Assembly (NCBI GenBank): GCA_963664225.1
Contig: OY760937.1
Span: forward strand, 896,001-960,000
Direction of reading: 5' to 3'
DNA length: 64,000 bases
Source: Verrucomicrobiia bacterium
GTDB taxonomy: Bacteria > Verrucomicrobiota > Verrucomicrobiia > Limisphaerales > UBA1319
This document shows positions 28,979 through 39,045 of this stretch, in pieces. Made by a program: the position numbers and the translations under genes. The notes below the pieces were generated by a model that had not been told where the DNA came from, did not search any database, and saw nothing but the letters and a program-made list of their open reading frames with translations. The number at the start of each line of letters is the position of its first letter. The first letter of the stretch is position 1.

Positions 28979-30379
28979 TTATTGAAGCTTGATGTGCCCG
29001 ACCTCGTATAATTCGTTTTTCTCGGGGACGTCGATGGCCAGCCGAAGCGGACTGTGGTTTCCCTTGGCATCCACGAGAGACACGGCCAGCGTGTATTCGC
29101 CTGGTTTCAGGTCCTTGGGCACAGGCAGGATTCCATTAACGTCGCGCTCGCCAGGCAACCATTCGTGCGCATCCGCAATGGACGCGGAGGTGAATGCGAC
29201 ATTGCCGTTGCCATCCAGAAGTGAACAGCGCAGTTCGAATGGTCGATAGAGTTTGCCCACGCCCACATTGGCCCATTTCATTTTTAATTTCAGGTTCGCG
29301 CCAAGTGGGGCCGTTTTCTCGCACTCGAGTTCGCGCAGGACGAACCGATAACCGGAAAGTCGGGCGAGCTTCTCCAGTGCCGGCATGGCTTCCGGCGGCA
29401 CGCGGCCCACTTTGTCGTTGATGAGGGTGACGTGGTTGTTGAGCATGAAATTCACGGCGGCATCGAAGGACCAGTTTTTTAATTTGAGATAGTTGTAATC
29501 GCCAAACCATTCGAAGACGACCGGCGTGTGCTTCCAAGTCTCTCCCATGTTCGGAACCCCGGCATATTTTTTCGAGCCAATCCAATTTTCCTCGTGCCAG
29601 GGCGACCCCACGCCATCGCGGCGAAACCCCGTGCCATGTTCCAAAGCGTAAGCCAGAACCTCGGCATCGTCAGACATGAAGACCAGCGGTGTGCGGGGAA
29701 AGGCGTGCAGATACATGTCCACGATTTGCTTGCGCACTTCTAGCGAGGACGGGTGGGTGGTGTGCCATTCGCCCCAGACGCCGTAGGAACCGATATCGAG
29801 AAATTCGATGTCGGGACGACCATCGTAACGCCTGCCTAGGGCTTCAATGAACGCCTTGTGTTTGGCCAGATAAATGGGATCGGAATAGACCGGTTCGATG
29901 CGCGGGATGCGCCGACCGCCGCTGGTGGGGTCATCGCCGCCGACCAGAAACTCGATGCCTTTGCAGCCAGCGTCGAAGAGCCATTTGGGCGAGGCGTAGT
30001 ATCCACCGCTGTGGGCGTTGCAGGTCATGATCCGGATCGATACCGCCGCGCCTAGGGATTTCCAGGCCTCCAGGACGTCATCGATCATTTTCCAATTGTA
30101 TTGCCCTTCGACCGGTTCGGCATCGGCCCAATCAAAACGGATATAAACGACCGAGCATGGGAAACGAGGTTCGTTTCGCGGGCTGCGCTGCTGGCTCATC
30201 CAACCCTGACCGGGATTCGCAAAAAGGGTGTCCACCTCGCGGAATTGCAGGTGCTGCAAGTTGTCCTCCGCAGCGGTGGCGAGAAAGGAAAGATGCAGAA
30301 GAAATGCCAGACCGAGAGCTTTTGTCCAGGAGAGGTATTGCAAGAGCAGCGGATTCCGGTTCAAGGATGTTGAGTGCAT
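28979..30379 (-). CDS. Secreted DUF4832/DUF4874-type GH-A-clan glycoside hydrolase
   Basis: Signal peptide; NPGQGW, YIRFDWADAEPVEGQYNW, GSYGVWGEWH, PVVFEW, GYRFVL, WANVGVG. Confidence 0.7.
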   Translation of the reverse strand: MHSTSLNRNPLLLQYLSWTKALGLAFLLHLSFLATAAEDNLQHLQFREVDTLFANPGQGWMSQQRSPRNEPRFPCSVVYIRFDWADAEPVEGQYNWKMIDDVLEAWKSLGAAVSIRIMTCNAHSGGYYASPKWLFDAGCKGIEFLVGGDDPTSGGRRIPRIEPVYSDPIYLAKHKAFIEALGRRYDGRPDIEFLDIGSYGVWGEWHTTHPSSLEVRKQIVDMYLHAFPRTPLVFMSDDAEVLAYALEHGTGFRRDGVGSPWHEENWIGSKKYAGVPNMGETWKHTPVVFEWFGDYNYLKLKNWSFDAAVNFMLNNHVTLINDKVGRVPPEAMPALEKLARLSGYRFVLRELECEKTAPLGANLKLKMKWANVGVGKLYRPFELRCSLLDGNGNVAFTSASIADAHEWLPGERDVNGILPVPKDLKPGEYTLAVSLVDAKGNHSPLRLAIDVPEKNELYEVGHIKLQ

Positions 30380-30468
30380 TTGATTTAACGCATCCTAAGC
30401 AAACAGAGGTCTGCTGACAATGGCCAGTATGGCATCCCTGTTGCAAATTGGACGTTCCTGTTTTTCGT

Positions 30469-33400
30469 TTACCATCGGAAGAAACGATACGGATCATCCC
30501 ACTCTTCCGGTTGATCGACATAGAAGCCACTGATCCAGCGCTTTTCAGATTTGGAGGTGTCCAACGGCTGGTGGAAACGTTCGAGCAGCGGTGTGGAGCC
30601 AGCCGCACCCATGTTGGCGAGCAAACGTGAAACCAGGAAGGAGGCCCGACGGTGCGTGCGGTTGAGATTCGACTGTTTCGGCGAATCGAATTGCCAGGGA
30701 ACAAGCTGACAGTACACCACATTTGCATTGTCCGCGTTTGCCAGAACGCCATTCCCCACGATCCGAGCCCCTGAAGTGATCAGAGGCATTTCGCGAGGAT
30801 CGCGATTATGCACATCCGCAGGGCCGATACCCTCAAACGGCGAATTCATCACAGGCGGATCGAAATAAGTCGAAATATGTTCCGCTTTCTTCATGGTAAC
30901 CGGACCCGAAAAAAGCGCGCGGGTTTCGTTCTGTTCGAGTCCCAACGCGAGCAGGTTCCCGCCGGCTTTGAGCCAGTCAGAAATGAACTGCGTGCGGTCC
31001 GACAGGTTTTTTGCGCCACCAGGTCCCACAACAAGTACCTGATCGGGAGAGAGCGGCTTATCGTCCAAAGACGTGACGGCCACACCGGTTGATTCCAGAT
31101 GGCTCTTACCATTGGAATCCCCCGCGTAAACGACGCTCCGGCGGGGAGCGGGCATCCAGGTCGAGACGTAACGAAGAAGATTGCGAACCAAAGTCTCAGC
31201 CGCCGGATCGCTTTCCGTGCGGCCCGTTACATCCATCTGGCAGAACAACACCATGCCCCGACCTTCGCGATATTCCAAGAGCGGGCTGTATTGGAGGCTG
31301 AAGCCGCCGTCGAGAATCGGCAGGAAATCGCCGCACGCGGGTTTTTCAATGAGCACGGAAGCCACATTGCCGAGATTGCCGCAGCGCCAAATGCGGGTCA
31401 CTGGCATGCCGCACCAGTTCACCGTTGGCGCACCATTGAATTTGGGATTGGCCTCCACTTTTACGCGGGGCGCAAGAATGGTGGCTGCACCGCGCCAGTC
31501 GCACAGATTCCCGGCGGTAATACCTGCCAGAATGGGATGATCCGCAATCCTCGGGAAGACTTGCCTCAACCCATACTCTTCAACACGAAATCCAAATCGC
31601 TGTTCCAACACTTCAGAGGTCTGCTCGAAAACGACGACCTTCAAACCGTCGCGCACGCGGGTTATGTTTGGAGCGGGTCCGCCGACCGTCAGCGCGGCTT
31701 TGCCCACGATAAGGATGTCGTATGCCGACAGGTCAGCGCCCGCGTCCACGGTTTCGCACGGAATCCCAAGCTTCTTCAACAAAGCGCGCGTTTCACCGGT
31801 TTCACCCTTCGGATCGAATACGGCGATTTTTCCCATCGCCGGAACCGCCGGAAGCGCGGGCAGGACATCGTAAGCGAATGTGTCACGCTGGATATCGCCT
31901 TTGCCGAATTGGACCCACGCCGAAAGCTCATACCGACCCGGGGCCATCGTGGCCGGAATGGGCAGGATTATCGGAATGCGTTCCTGCTGACCGGCGGCAA
32001 CAGTGACACGTTGGAGGCCCTGGACGGCGGTGTGCCCGACTTCGCAAGTCACGCTTTCGCGGGAATTGTTGATGATGATGATTTGTTTCTCGACTCCTTC
32101 ACCGGGAATGAAGTTGTGGTCCTTGCTGGTGAACCGTGTCGGCTTTCCACCAATATAGGCCAGGAGAGGACGGTTGTTGCGAATCAACGCCTGAGCGGCT
32201 GGCGTGGCGATCCAGTCCGATCGTTCAAAGGCAAGGTCCATGCGTTCATAACGCTGATCGATGTAATCGGGACTGAAGCCAGGGCGTTGCAGGTTCTCCC
32301 AATCCACTTTCAACTCACGACGGCGCTTGTCCACACCCTCGCGCAGTTTCCAGAAGTGGCCGTGTTCCCATGGCGAATTTGCGGACACGCCCCAGGTCCG
32401 AAACGCCCGCCAGTTGTCGGTGAGATATTTTTCGAAGACCGGATAGCGCTTCTCCAGGCGCGTTGAGCCGACCTCGACCGGATAATCCCAGCGATGCCAT
32501 GTCTTGCCGTCACGGAACTGTCTGGCTTCCCAGCGCAGGTTCGCTTTTTCCGGCTCACTGATCTGAAAGGCCTTGTCGCCAAAAAACTGCGCGTTCCATT
32601 CCGCCAGACAAAACTCCCACGGCACAGCGGCGCTGCCGAATTCGCGCTTCCCGTTGTACCACCCACGATACATCGTCCAGTCCCATGTGAATGGCGCGCC
32701 ATATTCACAGGTGAAGACGGGCTTCACGCCTTCGGTCGCCCAATGCTCGAACCAGTCCGAGAGTTCCTGGACCGGCGCAAAGTTCGGATAGAAATTGATG
32801 ACATGCATGGGACCGAGATTGCCCGACGCATGGTGATAGACGATTCGGCTGGGGTCCAGATGGCTCACGATGGCCTCCGCGCGTCGGGCCTGTTTGACAT
32901 TTCTTGCGGCCCAATTGTCACGGACGTCATGGATTCCGTCGATGAGGTCTGGATTCATGTCGTCGCTGTAACCGGTGGCATTGTGGCTCATGCTGTACAT
33001 CACAATCGAGGGATGGTTCTGCGCTGCGCGCACGTAGAATTCGGCATGGCGTGCGTAACCGTTGGTGCGATCGGCGTCGGCGTTCGGCCAATCGTAATGG
33101 CTGAAGTGCGGTTGCGAAAAGGAAACCAGCATTCCCACGTCGTCCGCAGCTTTGAGAATTTCCGTGAAGCCCAGGTGCGAACCTGGTTCACAGCCGTAAT
33201 TGTGCGTATAGACAAAATTGATTCCAAAGCTCTGGAGCCGCTGGAGACTCTCCCGTGCGGCTTCGTAAGTCGCGAGGTCGGCGCTGATTTGCGCATTGTC
33301 CAATGGGACGGCCGAAAGAAACAGGCGCGTGCCGTTGAGATAAAAATCACGACCCTCGATCCAGAACTCGCGAAAGCCAAAACGCTCAGGAAGGCCCGTA

Positions 33401-34425
33401 TCCAGCACCCCGCCATCGGCGGCAAGCAACGATAGTTCGAGACCGAAAGTGTTCTGAGGCGTGTGGGTGTCCCAGAGTCGGTCCGGCAGCCATTTTTCAG
33501 TGAAGGAAATCCGGCCCTCCTTGAGATCGCTTGTTCGAAATGTGGGGCTCGTAAACTCTTTTACCTTGGCGCCGTCCCGCGTAATCTGAGCGTGAAGTGT
33601 GTAGGAGATGTCCGGTTCAAGGCCGTTGAGGCCTGCGTCAAACGTGATTTCCTTTTTGCGCACCGAAGTCACCGTGCTTACATCACCGATGCGTGGCCCT
33701 TGTGGTGTGCTGACCAGATAGACGTCCCCGCAGAGTCCCCGACGCTCCACGGAGCCTTTCACTTCACGGGCGGAGGCACTGTCCCTATAGGCCATCATGA
33801 CCCCCTTGAGCGGCAGGGACACGACGAGCATGCTGAGAGTCTGGGTGGCCCTTGGACGACAGGAAGCGGTGATTTCGAGATCGCCTCCCGGGAAATGAAT
33901 TTCTCCCGCTTGTTTGCCGTCCACAAAGACGGCGGCATAGGAGTTAAGATATTCGGCTCGAACAGCGATGCGGCGTCCGGCCCAATTGTTTGGAATTGTT
34001 AATTGGCGTTGATACCACGCAGCGGAAAGTTTACTGAAATCCTGGCCCGCCCATTTCGGATGCGCAAAGATCGTCTGGCAATCCTTCTCCATGTAATCGG
34101 TAATGCCGGGCCAGCATCCGGGAACCTTGAACCAACCCCAATTTTCCGCAGGCACCTCGTCAGACTTTCCTTCTGCCGGCTGCCACTGCCAAAGGCCGTT
34201 CAGACAAATTCGCTCGCGGGTGGATGTGGTCTCACGAAACGCCTTACTGGTGTCCCAAACGGCTTTCACCCCATCCGGCAGGGCTGCGGCAATTTCGTCG
34301 GCTCCTTCGCCTGCTGGCGGGAGAACGAACAGGCAGGTGAACACAACAAGCGCGGAAGCGACGCTGGCTTTCAGTTGGACCGCATGGTCGCGCAACGCGG
34401 ACAATTCAAGGCAACGCATTTTCAT
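30469..34425 (-). CDS. Large secreted GH2-like glycoside hydrolase
   Basis: ICLNGLWQW, FGFREFWIEGRDFYLNG, NHPSIVMYS, TCEYG; ends DDPYRFFRW. Start chosen at MKMRC (signal peptide follows). Confidence 0.75.
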   Translation of the reverse strand: MKMRCLELSALRDHAVQLKASVASALVVFTCLFVLPPAGEGADEIAAALPDGVKAVWDTSKAFRETTSTRERICLNGLWQWQPAEGKSDEVPAENWGWFKVPGCWPGITDYMEKDCQTIFAHPKWAGQDFSKLSAAWYQRQLTIPNNWAGRRIAVRAEYLNSYAAVFVDGKQAGEIHFPGGDLEITASCRPRATQTLSMLVVSLPLKGVMMAYRDSASAREVKGSVERRGLCGDVYLVSTPQGPRIGDVSTVTSVRKKEITFDAGLNGLEPDISYTLHAQITRDGAKVKEFTSPTFRTSDLKEGRISFTEKWLPDRLWDTHTPQNTFGLELSLLAADGGVLDTGLPERFGFREFWIEGRDFYLNGTRLFLSAVPLDNAQISADLATYEAARESLQRLQSFGINFVYTHNYGCEPGSHLGFTEILKAADDVGMLVSFSQPHFSHYDWPNADADRTNGYARHAEFYVRAAQNHPSIVMYSMSHNATGYSDDMNPDLIDGIHDVRDNWAARNVKQARRAEAIVSHLDPSRIVYHHASGNLGPMHVINFYPNFAPVQELSDWFEHWATEGVKPVFTCEYGAPFTWDWTMYRGWYNGKREFGSAAVPWEFCLAEWNAQFFGDKAFQISEPEKANLRWEARQFRDGKTWHRWDYPVEVGSTRLEKRYPVFEKYLTDNWRAFRTWGVSANSPWEHGHFWKLREGVDKRRRELKVDWENLQRPGFSPDYIDQRYERMDLAFERSDWIATPAAQALIRNNRPLLAYIGGKPTRFTSKDHNFIPGEGVEKQIIIINNSRESVTCEVGHTAVQGLQRVTVAAGQQERIPIILPIPATMAPGRYELSAWVQFGKGDIQRDTFAYDVLPALPAVPAMGKIAVFDPKGETGETRALLKKLGIPCETVDAGADLSAYDILIVGKAALTVGGPAPNITRVRDGLKVVVFEQTSEVLEQRFGFRVEEYGLRQVFPRIADHPILAGITAGNLCDWRGAATILAPRVKVEANPKFNGAPTVNWCGMPVTRIWRCGNLGNVASVLIEKPACGDFLPILDGGFSLQYSPLLEYREGRGMVLFCQMDVTGRTESDPAAETLVRNLLRYVSTWMPAPRRSVVYAGDSNGKSHLESTGVAVTSLDDKPLSPDQVLVVGPGGAKNLSDRTQFISDWLKAGGNLLALGLEQNETRALFSGPVTMKKAEHISTYFDPPVMNSPFEGIGPADVHNRDPREMPLITSGARIVGNGVLANADNANVVYCQLVPWQFDSPKQSNLNRTHRRASFLVSRLLANMGAAGSTPLLERFHQPLDTSKSEKRWISGFYVDQPEEWDDPYRFFRW

Positions 34426-34693
34426 GGTTCGGGTGGAGTTGTTGGTCCAACAGTATATCAAACGCCTGACGGCGACAGTAAAATAATGGAGGCAGCAACG
34501 AGCGCAATGAACCCACACAACCTAATCTCACAATGGCTTTGTGAATCCCAATCACCGATGGGTCTTGCAGCCCTGTGAATTTAGTCCGGCATCCTATCCG
34601 GTTGAAGTTTGACTTGTCATGGAAGACTTGTGTAAAAAGCAGCCTGATTCACCGAATGTTCTCAGGCTTGTGGCGGCCCATGGTTGTAAGTTT

Positions 34694-35431
34694 ATGAGTA
34701 ATAACATCGTTTTTATTGGCAGACACTCAGTAGCGAAAACCGGCGGAATATTCAGGCTTCTGCCTGGCATCGCACTCCTCGCAACTATTGCGTCCTCTTT
34801 TGGCACCCTGCCGCAGGAATACCAAGGGAGGCCTTTTGAGGACGCCTATCACAAGACCGGCATTGCATCCATCCCAGGCATTGTGCAATGCGCGTTATTT
34901 GATCTCGGTGGCGAGGGTGTGGGGTATCACGATGCCGATGCCATCAATCATGGCAGTGGGGAATTGAACCAGGAGAAGGGGCATCAAAGAGCCCATGCCT
35001 GCGCCTATATTTGGAACTTCCGCCGCGACGAAGGAGTGGATCTTTCCTATGTGAAAGACTGGGCGGACCTGAATCACACCAACATGGTCAGTCCGCAGAT
35101 CAACCAGTTTTACATAGGCTGGACCACGAACGCCGAGTGGTGCAATTACACCGTGAATGTCACGAGCCCTGGCACCTACCGAATCAAGGCCCTCTATTCG
35201 TATCAGGCCAACACGGTCACTTTCGATCTGAACGGCAAACCCGCCGCCACCTGCAAGCTGCCGGTGGCCACCACGAGCTGGCATTACTGGAATTTTGCCG
35301 ATATCGGAGCGATTACGTTTCCTGAGACCGGCAGGCAGTTGCTGACCTTCCATTACGGCTGGGGTAACAACTTCGCGTATTTTGAATTCGAGAAAGTCGA
35401 GTCAGCCGCCAGAGAATCCGTCCCACAATAG
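34694..35431 (+). CDS. Secreted stand-alone carbohydrate-binding protein (CBM6-like)
   Basis: IPGIVQCALFDLGGEGVGYHD, IGWT...EWCNYTVNV..PGTY, GRQLLTF. Confidence 0.7.
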   Translation: MSNNIVFIGRHSVAKTGGIFRLLPGIALLATIASSFGTLPQEYQGRPFEDAYHKTGIASIPGIVQCALFDLGGEGVGYHDADAINHGSGELNQEKGHQRAHACAYIWNFRRDEGVDLSYVKDWADLNHTNMVSPQINQFYIGWTTNAEWCNYTVNVTSPGTYRIKALYSYQANTVTFDLNGKPAATCKLPVATTSWHYWNFADIGAITFPETGRQLLTFHYGWGNNFAYFEFEKVESAARESVPQ

Positions 35432-35671
35432 GCAGGCACCGGCGCGCTTGACGACATGAACCGCGTGGATCAGCGTGCGGCATCAGACCACGCCGCGCGG
35501 CGTGTATGAAAAACACCTGCCGCTGCTCAAGGAATTGATGGCCCAACCTGGCGCGATGCGGCGGGATACCCTGGACGGAAAGCTCGTCGGTGATTTTATA
35601 AAACCATAAGTTCGTGCTCGTCGGTAGCCGTGGTTCATATTATGCTATGCGGTAACTAAACCCTGATACCT

Positions 35672-38047
35672 ATGCATTCAATTCGTAATATGGTTTGCAA
35701 AACAGCGGTCACCTTGAGCCTGTTGCTTGGGATTGCTGGGATGAGCTGCGCGGCTTCGTCTGACACCACGGTGTGGTTCGATTCGCCCGGGACCAAATTT
35801 TCCGAATCCTGCCCGCTTGGAAATGGGCGGCTGGGGGCGATGATGTTTGGCGGTGTGAGCGAAGAGCGCATAGTGCTCAACGAAAGCTCGGTGTGGTCAG
35901 GTTCCCGTCAGGATGCGGATCGCGAAGGCGCGGCCAAGGTATTGCCCGAGATTCGCCGCCTGCTTTTGGAGGGGAAGAATGTTGAGGCGGAGGAGTTGGT
36001 AAGCCGGAATTTCACCTGCAAAGGGCCAGGTTCGGGTAATGGCGGAGGAGCCAAGGTGGCTTTTGGGTGCTATCAGGTGCTCGGAAATCTGCATCTGCTT
36101 TTTCAACAGGTTACCAATGCGCCCGTCAGTGATTACCAGCGTGAACTCGAGCTGGCCGACGCGGTGGCAAAGATGCGGTTTGTGCAGGGCGGCGTGACGT
36201 TTACCCGCGAGGCGTTTGTCAGCGCGCCCGATGAAGCCATGGTGTTTCGTTTCGCTTCGGACAAGGCGGGCAAGATCAGCCTCGATGCGCGGCTCGACCG
36301 GCCTGAGTGTTTCAAGACGAGCGCAGATGGCACCGCCGGTTTGCTCATGACAGGGCAGCTTGAAAATGGGGTGGACGGCAAAGGGGTGAAATATGTCGCG
36401 CGATTGAAAGTCTTGAATGTGGGCGGGGAGGTGTCCCTCCAGGGTGAAACGCTGCGCGTGCGCAATGCCGATTCGGTGTTGCTGTTCGTCACCGCCGCCA
36501 CGGATTACCGCGGGTTCGGTGGTCGCAATTTGACCGATCCTCTGGCTGCATCCGCCAGCGACATGGAGGCAGCCACCGCAAAGTCGTTCCAATCTCTTCG
36601 GGACGCGCATGTGGCCGATTATCAGCGGTATTATAATCGTGTCGCCCTCCAGCTTGGACCTGTGGATTCCGCCGTTTCAAACAAGCCGACGCCAGCACGC
36701 CTGAAGGCTCTGAAGAATGGCGCGGCCGATCCATCGCTCGCGGTGCTCTATTTCAATTTTGGCCGTTACCTCTTGATTTCGTCCTCCCGCCCCGGAGGAC
36801 TGCCTGCGAATTTGCAGGGTATCTGGGCGGAGGAAATCAACACGCCCTGGAATGCGGACTGGCATTTGGATGTAAATGTGCAGATGAACTATTGGCCGGC
36901 GGAGGTTTGCAACCTCTCGGACCTGACCGGACCGATGTTTGCCTTGATCGAATCGCTGCAAGCTCCCGGCGAACGCACCGCCAAGGCTTATTACGGCGCG
37001 CGCGGGTGGGTGGCGCATGTCATCACCAATCCCTGGGGTTTCACATCGCCGGGGGAGGGGGCGTCGTGGGGCGCGACCACCAGCGGGTCCGCGTGGCTTT
37101 GCCAGCATCTTTGGGATCACTGGCTTTTCACGCACGATAAGGCTTTTCTTAAAACGGCTTATCCGGTGATGCGCGGATCGGCACGATTTTACGCCGACCT
37201 GCTCATTGAGGAGCCGAAACATCAATGGCTGGTGACGGTCCCGGCCAATTCGCCTGAGAATAATTTCCGGCTTCCTGACGGAAAAACCGCAAGCATCTGC
37301 ATGGGGCCCGCGGTGGACATGCAATTGCTTCGCTACCTCTTTGGCGCGTGCATCGAGGCCTCGAGCGTTCTGGGCATCGATGAGGATTTCCGCAAGGAAC
37401 TCATTGAAAAACGCGCGCGACTGGCGCCCACACAGATCGGCTCCGACGGTCGCATCATGGAATGGCTCCAGGAATATCCGGAGCCGGAACCAACGCACCG
37501 GCATATCTCGCACCTCTGGGCGGTTTACCCGGGGGATGAGATTACGCCCAGCGGCACGCCCGCGTTCTCTCAAGCCGCCCGGAAATCGCTGGAAGCGCGC
37601 GGGGATCGCAGCACAGGCTGGGCGACGGCTTACCGCATGGCGGTTTGGGCGCGACTTGGCGATGGCGATCGCACGGAGAAACTTCTATCGACACTACTGG
37701 CAAACTGCACGCTGCCCAATCTTTTCGATACCCATCCGCCGTTCCAGATCGATGGCAATTTTGGCGCAACGGCTGCGATGGCCGAAATGCTGGTGCAATC
37801 GCACAGCGGGGTTATTGAGTTGCTGCCCGCGCTGCCGGCAACCTGGCCGGACGGCAAAGTGACCGGACTTCGCGCACGGGGCGGGTTCGAGGTGGACGTG
37901 GCGTGGAAAGGCGGGAAACTCGAATCAGCGGTTATCCGCAGCCTGGAGGGGCTTCCCTGCAAAATGCGCGCGGGCGGTAAGGCGGCTGAATTTGACACCA
38001 GCAAAGGAAAGACCTATCGCCTGAACGATGGGCTTATATTGCAATAG
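35672..38047 (+). CDS. GH95 alpha-L-fucosidase
   Basis: [59 protein letters not shown]. Confidence 0.95.
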   Translation: MHSIRNMVCKTAVTLSLLLGIAGMSCAASSDTTVWFDSPGTKFSESCPLGNGRLGAMMFGGVSEERIVLNESSVWSGSRQDADREGAAKVLPEIRRLLLEGKNVEAEELVSRNFTCKGPGSGNGGGAKVAFGCYQVLGNLHLLFQQVTNAPVSDYQRELELADAVAKMRFVQGGVTFTREAFVSAPDEAMVFRFASDKAGKISLDARLDRPECFKTSADGTAGLLMTGQLENGVDGKGVKYVARLKVLNVGGEVSLQGETLRVRNADSVLLFVTAATDYRGFGGRNLTDPLAASASDMEAATAKSFQSLRDAHVADYQRYYNRVALQLGPVDSAVSNKPTPARLKALKNGAADPSLAVLYFNFGRYLLISSSRPGGLPANLQGIWAEEINTPWNADWHLDVNVQMNYWPAEVCNLSDLTGPMFALIESLQAPGERTAKAYYGARGWVAHVITNPWGFTSPGEGASWGATTSGSAWLCQHLWDHWLFTHDKAFLKTAYPVMRGSARFYADLLIEEPKHQWLVTVPANSPENNFRLPDGKTASICMGPAVDMQLLRYLFGACIEASSVLGIDEDFRKELIEKRARLAPTQIGSDGRIMEWLQEYPEPEPTHRHISHLWAVYPGDEITPSGTPAFSQAARKSLEARGDRSTGWATAYRMAVWARLGDGDRTEKLLSTLLANCTLPNLFDTHPPFQIDGNFGATAAMAEMLVQSHSGVIELLPALPATWPDGKVTGLRARGGFEVDVAWKGGKLESAVIRSLEGLPCKMRAGGKAAEFDTSKGKTYRLNDGLILQ

Positions 38048-38085
38048 CCGAGGCGCACGAACCGTCGGCATGGGATTCGTATCGT

Positions 38086-38880
38086 TCAGGCTTCCGGGGA
38101 GTGGCCTGCGCCGTTGAGTTTGTGCGTGATTTTACGGACAACCGAACGGGGCGCCAGGCGGACTGAGAACACGGCCATTTTGTTGCGAAGTCCAGCCACC
38201 GCCACGCAACGGCCCCGGCGAAAAGCGTCATGGCCGATGCGAGCGACCTCTTCCGCCGACATGGCGCCCAACTTGAAAAGGTTCGAGTTTTGCATGTTGG
38301 CCGCCGCCGTGAAATTCGTATGCGTGGGGCCGGGACATAAGGCTGTGACCGTCAGGCCCGTTTCCCGCAATTCCTCGGCTATGGCTTCGCTGAAAGACAA
38401 CACATAGGCTTTTGTCGCGTAATAAATCGCCATCAGTGGGCCGGGTTGAAAGGCGGCCGTGGAGGAAACGTTGAGCACACCGCCGCACCGGCGCTCGATC
38501 ATGCCGGGAAGGAAGAGGTGGGTCAGATGCGTTAAAGCGGTAATATTCACCTGCAACATGGAAAGCTGACGCTCGAGCGGCAACTGCGCGAAAGGGCCCT
38601 GGGCCCCAAAACCCGCATTATTGACCAGAACGTCCACTTTGAGGCCCGCCTCCTGCATTTGGGCGAAAATACGGTTTGGGGTCTCCGGCAGGGCCAGGTC
38701 AGCGGTGAACACTTGAGCTTCGATTTTATGGTTTAGTCTCAACTCCTCCGCCAGGGATTCCAGCGCGCTGTCGTTTCGGGCCACGAGTATGAGTCGGCTG
38801 CCATCCGCCGCAAAACAATTTGCAAGTTCAAGCCCGATTCCTGAAGACGCACCGGTGATCAATACCGTTTCGGCAACCAT
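38086..38880 (-). CDS. Classical SDR oxidoreductase
   Basis: TGASSGIG, NNAGFG, YYATK; TTGACA-N17-CATTTT-N7-ATG supports the 38880 start. Confidence 0.92.
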   Translation of the reverse strand: MVAETVLITGASSGIGLELANCFAADGSRLILVARNDSALESLAEELRLNHKIEAQVFTADLALPETPNRIFAQMQEAGLKVDVLVNNAGFGAQGPFAQLPLERQLSMLQVNITALTHLTHLFLPGMIERRCGGVLNVSSTAAFQPGPLMAIYYATKAYVLSFSEAIAEELRETGLTVTALCPGPTHTNFTAAANMQNSNLFKLGAMSAEEVARIGHDAFRRGRCVAVAGLRNKMAVFSVRLAPRSVVRKITHKLNGAGHSPEA

Positions 38881-39045
38881 GAACATTAAAATGGTGGATG
38901 CACCGCGGACTGTCAAACCGGCGGGAATTCGGGAGAGTCAGAGTTTGCTTAACGGGCGATTTGGGCGTGGTGAGGAAGATCAGAGGATCGAGTACCGAAT
39001 GGACCCGTAAAAACCCTCAATGGAAATTCCCGAAAAGGCCGTTAT

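Noticed and set aside
31099..33435. 455-aa and 313-aa plus-strand ORFs
   Set aside because: Antisense shadows of the GH2-like gene, as expected in GC-rich DNA.
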